In this document: positions 55,985-64,000 of the stretch, in pieces | How the letters are laid out: each line of letters begins with the position of its first letter | Numbering within the stretch: the stretch's first letter is position 1 | Assembly: GCA_965202625.1 (NCBI GenBank) | Contig: CBDBBI010000010.1 | Coordinates: 1,120,001-1,184,000, forward strand | Reading direction: 5' to 3' | Source of the DNA: a bacterium | Lineage (GTDB): Bacteria; UBA8248 | DNA length: 64,000 nt | Position numbers and translations under genes: made by a program | Notes under the pieces: generated by a model | Database searches by the model: none | Seen by the model: the letters and a program-made list of their open reading frames with translations, nothing else | What the model was told of the DNA's origin: nothing

Positions 55985-56275
55985 CTACTCCCCGTCGTCG
56001 AACCCCTCGTCCGCAAACCCGTGGTCCATGTCAGAAAAGTCAGCCGCCGAGGCGGTCTTTCGCCACTCCAGCTTCTCCTCGATAATTTCCCGGAACACGA
56101 TCTGCTCATGTGTCTCCCTCGGCTGCGTGTCCCTCGGCTGCGCGGCGACCAGGGGCTCCGCCCCCTGCCGCAGTTGTGCCACCCGCTTGGCGAGCAGCAC
56201 CGAGAGCAAAAAGCGATTCTTGACGACATCAAGCGCCTCTTCAAACATTTCGTCATAAGTCGTTGACGCGGCCAT
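55985..56275 (-). CDS. rpoZ: RNA polymerase omega subunit
   Basis: NRFLL..LAKR..QL..GA.PLV....REI pattern. Confidence 0.8.
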   Translation of the reverse strand: MAASTTYDEMFEEALDVVKNRFLLSVLLAKRVAQLRQGAEPLVAAQPRDTQPRETHEQIVFREIIEEKLEWRKTASAADFSDMDHGFADEGFDDGE

Positions 56276-56342
56276 ATAGCCCCCCGCTATAAGACATGAA
56301 AGGATGGTGGGTCAACCCGGCGCGTGGACGATCGGACCTAAC

Positions 56343-56843
56343 CTACCCAAACCCCACTTCCCGAACATACGCCATTTGCAAATCAGAGCGCACCTGATGC
56401 AGGAGCTGCTCCTCATCAGGCGACAGATTGCCCTTCGTTTTTTGCTCAAGCGCGCCGAGCAAATCCACGAACATTTTTGCGTTCCTGGGGTCTGCCCCCC
56501 CCACGCGCTCGCCCGTTTGGGGATGAATGCCCATTGCCGCCAAGGCGTTCGTCTGCACGATGGCGATGAGCATCTCGAAACTCTTGTCTTCCTCGTCCGA
56601 GGGCGAATCCCCCCCCTCGGGCTGCGGTTCCTGGGCCGACTGGGATTGCGCGGCTTCGGATTGCGGAACGTCCGCCTGACGCGCGTCCGAAGAGGCGGGT
56701 CCCACATTATCGCCACTCTCGTCAAGAGAGATTATCCGCCGCTCCTCTCCGAGGTCCGACGCCTCCTCGTCCTCATATCCTCTCACGGAGAATCTTCGGT
56801 CCGAAACCTTGAATCCCTTGTTCTCTACGTTCTCATCCGCCAT
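56343..56843 (-). CDS. DUF1844-family protein
   Basis: GFKVSDRR; D.L..L.QKTKGNL..DE...L......L...YV. Confidence 0.8.
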   Translation of the reverse strand: MADENVENKGFKVSDRRFSVRGYEDEEASDLGEERRIISLDESGDNVGPASSDARQADVPQSEAAQSQSAQEPQPEGGDSPSDEEDKSFEMLIAIVQTNALAAMGIHPQTGERVGGADPRNAKMFVDLLGALEQKTKGNLSPDEEQLLHQVRSDLQMAYVREVGFG

Positions 56844-56913
56844 CACCTGACCTCCGATGCGGGGCGCCAAGGAAGATCGACGCCGCATCCGCGCGCCTCA
56901 GCGAAAAACGCGC

Positions 56914-58050
56914 TCATTTCCCATCACACTCCCAAAGAGAACTCAATTTGGCGAAAACGCCCTTTTTCCCGCCGCCGTTTCTCCCCGCCCTCTCCCGATC
57001 GATCTCCGACAACTCGCCAAACAGCCTCTCCTCGTCCGGCGTGAGGTTCGTCGGCGTCTGGACGCGCACCAAGAATACGTGATCCCCGCGCCCCCTGCGG
57101 CCCAGGTGCTGGAACCCCTCGCCCTTGAGTCGGATGGCTTCGGAGGACTGCACGCCCTTCGGTATATCGAGCTCCGACTCCCCATACAGCGTTCTCACGC
57201 GCACCCTGTCGCCCAACGCCGCCTGGGAGAAGGTGACGCGCACCCGGCTCAACACGTCCGCCCCGTCCCGCTCGAATTCCTCGTGCGCGAGCAAGGAGAC
57301 GATCACGAACAAATCGCCTGCCGGCCCGCCCTTGGCGCCCCCCTCGCCCTCTTCTCGGAGACGCAGCCTCGCGCCCTCGTCCACGCCGGGCGGAATCTTC
57401 ACCTTCACCTTTCTCTGCTCCTCGCGGTGCCCGGCACCTTCGCACTCAGTACAACGATCGACGATTTCCGCGCCCGCCCCGCCGCAATCCGGGCAGGTGG
57501 TGGAATAGGTCACGAACCCCTGGCGATAGGACATCTGGCCGTTTCCGCCACAAGAGGAACACGCGCGAATCGAGTCGGGCGACTTCGCTCCGCTGCCGCC
57601 GCAATAGACGCACTCCGCGGCGCGCTCGAACTCGACCTCGCGCTCCACGCCGCTCGCCGCTTCCTCAAACGTCAGGTCGAGTTGATAAGCCAGGTCGCGA
57701 CCCTTTCGCGGCCCGTCGCGGCGCGCGCGGCCGCTGGAGAACGCACCGCCGAACAAATCGCCAAAAACGTCTCCGATCGAGGAGAAAATGTCGTCAAAAT
57801 TCGAGAATCCCTGATGTCCCATCCTCCGGAGCCCGTCATGGCCGAAGCGATCATATGCGCTTCTCTTCTCCGGCTGGCTCAATACCTGATAGGCCTCGGA
57901 CGCCTCCTTGAACAACTCCTCCGCCTTGGGGTCGTCCGGATTGCGGTCGGGATGGTGCTTCATCGCCAGGGCGCGATACGCCTTTTTAACGTCGGCGTCG
58001 CTCGCATCGCGCCCCACGCCCAGAATTTCGTAGTAATCACGCTTTCTCAT
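56914..58050 (-). CDS. dnaJ: Chaperone DnaJ (zinc-finger type)
   Basis: HPD J-domain; four CxxCxGxG motifs. Confidence 0.96.
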   Translation of the reverse strand: MRKRDYYEILGVGRDASDADVKKAYRALAMKHHPDRNPDDPKAEELFKEASEAYQVLSQPEKRSAYDRFGHDGLRRMGHQGFSNFDDIFSSIGDVFGDLFGGAFSSGRARRDGPRKGRDLAYQLDLTFEEAASGVEREVEFERAAECVYCGGSGAKSPDSIRACSSCGGNGQMSYRQGFVTYSTTCPDCGGAGAEIVDRCTECEGAGHREEQRKVKVKIPPGVDEGARLRLREEGEGGAKGGPAGDLFVIVSLLAHEEFERDGADVLSRVRVTFSQAALGDRVRVRTLYGESELDIPKGVQSSEAIRLKGEGFQHLGRRGRGDHVFLVRVQTPTNLTPDEERLFGELSEIDRERAGRNGGGKKGVFAKLSSLWECDGK

Positions 58051-58110
58051 GCGTTCCTCTCAACCCAGAAATCAAAAAACACGCGACCATACTATGCGCG
58101 CGCGTCCGAT

Positions 58111-58782
58111 TCAAGAGCCCGAAGCCGGCGAGCGGCCGGCATACCTTCCCACGGAGACGCGGGCGGGTCGCAACACCACATCGCCCAGCCTGTAACCGCA
58201 AGCGAGCTCCTCCACCACAAGGCCGTCCTGTGCCTTATCACTCACCTCGACCATCCGCACGGCCTCGTGCTCCTCCGGGTTGAAGGCGACTTCTGACGCC
58301 GTGAGACGCTCGACCCCCAGATTCGACAATTCCTGAAAAAACCGGCCCTGAATCATCCGCACCCCTTGTGCCAGGGTTTCGAGAACCCGGCCTCCTTCCT
58401 GCCCGGAACCGCCTCCGTCCACGGCGGCAGTGGCGCGCCCCAAATCGTCGGCGATGCCCAGAAAACCGGAGACGACCCGCCTTTTCGCCTCCTGTGTCCT
58501 GCGCTCCATCTCGCGCTCCTGGCGCGCCCTAAATTCAGACGTCTCCTTGTCCATTCTCTCCTTGTGACGCTTCAGGTTCTCCTCGGCGGCGGCCACCTTC
58601 GCCTTCAACTGCTCCACGTAAGAGGGCGCGCGATGGGTTTCCTCCACCGCCTCGGCACTTTCCTGGCGCGCCTCGCCATCCTCCTTCACCCGCCGCCTAT
58701 CCACGACGCGCGGCTTCTCCCCGCGCTCCTCCTCGGGCACATCCCCATCGCCCGCCTTGACCTCGATGTTCTCGCCGCTCAT
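58111..58782 (-). CDS. grpE: Nucleotide exchange factor GrpE
   Basis: DDLGRA, FNPEEHEAV and GYRL....LRPARV motifs. Confidence 0.92.
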   Translation of the reverse strand: MSGENIEVKAGDGDVPEEERGEKPRVVDRRRVKEDGEARQESAEAVEETHRAPSYVEQLKAKVAAAEENLKRHKERMDKETSEFRARQEREMERRTQEAKRRVVSGFLGIADDLGRATAAVDGGGSGQEGGRVLETLAQGVRMIQGRFFQELSNLGVERLTASEVAFNPEEHEAVRMVEVSDKAQDGLVVEELACGYRLGDVVLRPARVSVGRYAGRSPASGS

Positions 58783-58804
58783 GAAACGATTTCCTCCCAA
58801 TGCG

Positions 58805-59656
58805 TTAGGATCGCATTTCCATCAAACGCCGAATACGCTCCTCCATCGGCGGATGCGTGCTGAAAAGACTCGCCAGCCCACCGCCCGACAGCGGGTTGAC
58901 GATATACATATGCGCCGTCGCCTCGCTCGCGCATTCGAGTTCCTCTCGACGGGACGCCTCATCCAGGCGATGCAGGGCGTTCGCCAACCCCACCGGAGTG
59001 CCGGCGATGCGCGCCCCCGTGGCGTCGGCCAGATATTCTCTCGAGCGGCTGAGCGCCATTTGCAGAAGGGTCGCCGCGATGGGGGCCACGACGGCGGCGA
59101 CGATGATTCCCAGCAAGCCGCCGCGCTCCTCCTCATCCCGGCCATAGGCGCCGAAAAACGCGGCGAACTGCGCCATCTGCGCGATATACATGATGGCGCC
59201 CGCCAGGGAGGCGGCGATGGTGCTCAGCAATATGTCCCGATTTTTGATATGGGCGAGCTCGTGCGCGGCCACGCCTTCGAGCTCCTGCCGGTCAAGATCC
59301 CGCAAAATCCCCTCGGTGAAGGCAACTGCGGCGTTTTCGGGATTTCTTCCGGTGGCGAAGGCGTTCGGCACCCTCTCGGGAATGACGTATACGCGCGGGA
59401 TGGGCAAGCTCGCCCGCCGAGCCAAGTCTGCCACCATACCATAGAGCTCCGGCGCATGCTCGGGCAGCACCTCGCGCGCGTCCGTGCTGGCGAGAATGAG
59501 CTTGTCCGAATACCAATAGCTGTATCCGTTCAGGCCCACCGCCAAGACCAAGGCGATGACGAGTCCGCCCGTTCCGCCCACCAAGTTTCCGATAAGCAGG
59601 ATCAACCCCGTCAGCAAACTGAGCAGCAAAAAAGATTTTATGGAATTCGTGCTCAC
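58805..59656 (-). CDS. htpX: Zinc metalloprotease HtpX
   Basis: PNAFATG, HELAH, SRSREYLAD and FSTHPP motifs. Confidence 0.95.
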   Translation of the reverse strand: MSTNSIKSFLLLSLLTGLILLIGNLVGGTGGLVIALVLAVGLNGYSYWYSDKLILASTDAREVLPEHAPELYGMVADLARRASLPIPRVYVIPERVPNAFATGRNPENAAVAFTEGILRDLDRQELEGVAAHELAHIKNRDILLSTIAASLAGAIMYIAQMAQFAAFFGAYGRDEEERGGLLGIIVAAVVAPIAATLLQMALSRSREYLADATGARIAGTPVGLANALHRLDEASRREELECASEATAHMYIVNPLSGGGLASLFSTHPPMEERIRRLMEMRS

Positions 59657-60060
59657 CTTTGCCTCCTCGTGAAGCGCACCATCTTGGCGGAGAGAGAGGG
59701 AATCATGGCTTGCGCCTCGGGCGCGGCGTTGCTCATCCTCTCGCGCAAACCCTCAAACGCCTGGCTCTCGATCAGACGTTCGAGCTCGCCCAAGCGCTCA
59801 AGTGCCCCCATCAGCTTCTCGCGCAGTTCGATGATGACCTGCACGCCCGCCAGATTCACGCCCATATCCCTCGTGAGCGCCAGAATGACGTCCAGACGCT
59901 CCAAATCCTTCTCCGAATAGTAGCGCGTCCTGCCCTCGCTGCGGCCAGGGTCGAGCAGACCCTCGCGTTCATACAGCCTGAGCGTCTGCTGGTGGACGCC
60001 GAACATCTCGGCCACCACGCCGATAGAATAGCGCCCGTCTTTCGCACCCCTACGCGCCAT
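59653..60060 (-). CDS. hspR: MerR-family heat-shock repressor, HspR-like
   Basis: YSIGVVAE..GVHQQTLRLYER.GL..P.RS.G.TRYYS; LT..MGVNLAGV; lies within the dnaK operon. Confidence 0.85.
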   Translation of the reverse strand: MARRGAKDGRYSIGVVAEMFGVHQQTLRLYEREGLLDPGRSEGRTRYYSEKDLERLDVILALTRDMGVNLAGVQVIIELREKLMGALERLGELERLIESQAFEGLRERMSNAAPEAQAMIPSLSAKMVRFTRRQR

Positions 60061-60228
60061 AACTCTCTCCTGCACCACGCATCAAATGCCCACCACGGCA
60101 TCCATTCAAGCGCGGCGCGGTGCGCAATAAAGTCGTATTCTCTCTCCTGATCACCGCGGCGCCAAACCGCGGTCCCTTCCCAATCCGAAGGGAGGTTCTA
60201 CTCACCGCCGGCCCGACCCCGTTATGCC

Positions 60229-61182
60229 CTATATGCTCACACCCGTCATATTCGCCCGAGGCGACGTGGGGTTGCGCCGCTCGAGCTCTCGGACCATCTC
60301 CTTGCTTTCCTCATCAATGCGCTCCGGCAGTAGGACGTTGATGGTGACGTACAAATCGCCCTTGCCGGAAGCCTTGAGCTTCGGGGCGCCCTTTCCGGTA
60401 AGCCTGAAAACCTGGCCATTCTGGGTGGAGGGGGGAATCGTCATTTTCGTCGCCCCCTCGAAGGTATTGATCTCCACGCGCGCGCCCAGCAGCGCCTCGC
60501 CAAGGGTGACGGGAAGTTCCAGATACAGATTATCGCCCTTGCGCTCGAAGAAGGGATGCTCTCTCACCTTCGTGACGATGAAGAGATCGCCCTGCGCGCC
60601 CCCGTTCAGGGAGGACCCCCCTTTGCCGGCTAGGCGAATGCGTGATCCGCTCGAGACGCCGGGGGGTATTTTCACCTGAATACGCTCGGTGGCGCGCTGC
60701 ATTCTGTCGTCCTCGTAGGTCGTTTTCGGCACGGTGATGGTGGTGTGGATTCCCTTGAGGGAATCGTCAAAACCAATCTCCATGGAGTAGTTCACGTCCT
60801 GGCCGCGCAGGGGAGGCTGGGGACGCGCGCTGAATCCCTCGCGCCCGACGCCTCCGCGCCGGCCCCCAAACATACTGCCCAGAATATCGCCCAGCCCGAA
60901 CTCGCGCAGAATATCCTCCACGCCGGGCGCACCGCCATCGCCCCAAGGGTTCCCCCCGCTGAAGGCGGCGTGTCCCATGGCGTCGTATTGCTTTCGCTTC
61001 TCCGCATCTGAGAGAACGGCGTACGCCTCGCTGATCTCCTTGAAGCGCTCCTCCGCCTTCTCGTCCCCCGGATTGACGTCGGGGTGATACCTCCGCGCGA
61101 GTCTCTTGAAAACGCGCTTGAGCTCCGCCTCAGAAGCACTTCGGTCGATTCCCAGAACATCGTAATAATCACGCTTAGGCAT
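60229..61182 (-). CDS. DnaJ-class chaperone lacking a zinc finger (CbpA/DnaJ2-like)
   Basis: HPD J-domain, G/F region and C-terminal domain; no CxxCxGxG. Confidence 0.9.
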   Translation of the reverse strand: MPKRDYYDVLGIDRSASEAELKRVFKRLARRYHPDVNPGDEKAEERFKEISEAYAVLSDAEKRKQYDAMGHAAFSGGNPWGDGGAPGVEDILREFGLGDILGSMFGGRRGGVGREGFSARPQPPLRGQDVNYSMEIGFDDSLKGIHTTITVPKTTYEDDRMQRATERIQVKIPPGVSSGSRIRLAGKGGSSLNGGAQGDLFIVTKVREHPFFERKGDNLYLELPVTLGEALLGARVEINTFEGATKMTIPPSTQNGQVFRLTGKGAPKLKASGKGDLYVTINVLLPERIDEESKEMVRELERRNPTSPRANMTGVSI

Positions 61183-61209
61183 ACCATCCTCATCCGGACA
61201 AGCGGCTTG

Positions 61210-63120
<1,911 letters not shown>

Positions 63121-63247
63121 CAACCCTTCTCCTTTTCCCTGTAGGGATTTATATCTTAAGGACTTATACCTTTTATCACTCCACCATACTCCGCATTCGT
63201 CCGCCTCCGCCAGACCCAAAGCGATGGCCCTCTCCGCCTGAAGAAGC

Positions 63248-64000
63248 TCACGCTTTCACGGCTTCCGCCTCCATGACCACGGCGAAGGAGAGTGCATCCG
63301 CCCCCTCGGCATGGTCCGCCTCCACAGTTTCTCCCGCCTCGAATTCTCCGGCCAGCAGCTTTTTGCTCAGCGGATTCAGAACGTGCGACTGCATCGCCCT
63401 CTTGAGAGGCCGCGCCCCATAGGCAGGGTCATAGCCGCGCTCGGCGAGGAAGCTCTTTGCTGAATCCGTCAGGCGCAACTCGATCTTTTGCGCTTCGAGG
63501 CGTTTGTCCAGCTCTCGCAACTGGAGGTCCACGATATCCTTGATCTGCTCCTTCGTGAGCGCGTGAAAAACGATGATCTCGTCGATTCGGTTCAAAAACT
63601 CGGGCCGAAAGACTTCGCGAAGCATCGCGGGCGCTTGCTCCGACTGATAGGCCGCCTCCACGCCACCCCCGACAAAGCCGATGTTGGCCTGCGAAAGTTC
63701 AGCGGTTCCCACGTTGCTCGTCATGACGACGACGGTGTTTCTGAAATCCACCGTGCGGCCGTGCCCATCCGTCAGCCGGCCGTCGTCGAGCAACTGCAGG
63801 AGCAGGTTGAACGTCTCAGGATGCGCTTTTTCGATCTCATCGAGAAGAAGCACGGAATAGGGCTTTCTCCGCACGGCTTCGGTCAGCTGCCCGCCCTCGT
63901 CGTAGCCGACATACCCGGGCGGAGCGCCGATGAGCCGGGCCACGGCGTGTTTTTCCATGTATTCGCTCATGTCCACGCGCACCATCGCCGACTCGTCGTC
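63248..64000 (-). CDS. clpB: ClpB chaperone (3' part; runs off window end)
   Basis: [40 protein letters not shown] and YGARPLKR motifs. Confidence 0.93.
   Translation of the reverse strand, partial: DDESAMVRVDMSEYMEKHAVARLIGAPPGYVGYDEGGQLTEAVRRKPYSVLLLDEIEKAHPETFNLLLQLLDDGRLTDGHGRTVDFRNTVVVMTSNVGTAELSQANIGFVGGGVEAAYQSEQAPAMLREVFRPEFLNRIDEIIVFHALTKEQIKDIVDLQLRELDKRLEAQKIELRLTDSAKSFLAERGYDPAYGARPLKRAMQSHVLNPLSKKLLAGEFEAGETVEADHAEGADALSFAVVMEAEAVKA

Noticed and set aside
56110-56142. 15-bp tandem duplication in rpoZ (QPRDT/QPRET)
   Set aside because: A small in-frame slippage in a variable loop with no sign of wider significance.

Overview
A 64-kb stretch of GC-rich bacterial chromosome, mostly core and metabolic genes. 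Left to right: recJ (partial), dacB, a peptide ABC transporter, a B12-binding mutase subunit, an HdrD/FadF-like Fe-S oxidoreductase, a Fic gene, acyl-CoA dehydrogenase, class IV aminotransferase, lpdA, class II RNR (nrdJ), tRNA-Ala(CGC), a LIV-type ABC operon, an orphan Mo-hydroxylase large subunit, queF, an RND pump, E1 alpha/beta, a cytochrome c peroxidase/cytochrome c/YVTN cluster, and a clpB-dnaK-dnaJ2-hspR-htpX-grpE-dnaJ-rpoZ chaperone block. Main points of interest: (1) two genes split by the ORF track at an in-frame TGA are probably selenoproteins (a secreted Prx-like UxxC protein and an AhpD-like CxxU protein), each with a SECIS-like hairpin whose loop starts 21 nt after the UGA; (2) three secreted ankyrin genes share one leader/signal/N-cap/C-cap cassette and show DARPin-like variable positions and signs of recombinational shuffling, one being fused to a peptidoglycan-binding and trypsin-like domain; (3) a duplicated hairpin element at the Fic 3' end; (4) DnaA and NrdR boxes upstream of nrdJ; (5) small gene relics. 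The ankyrin expansion suggests a host-associated (e.g. sponge) symbiont, but that is inference. No CRISPR array, rRNA, integrase or transposase was recognised. All calls come from motif recognition by eye; no database searches were run.
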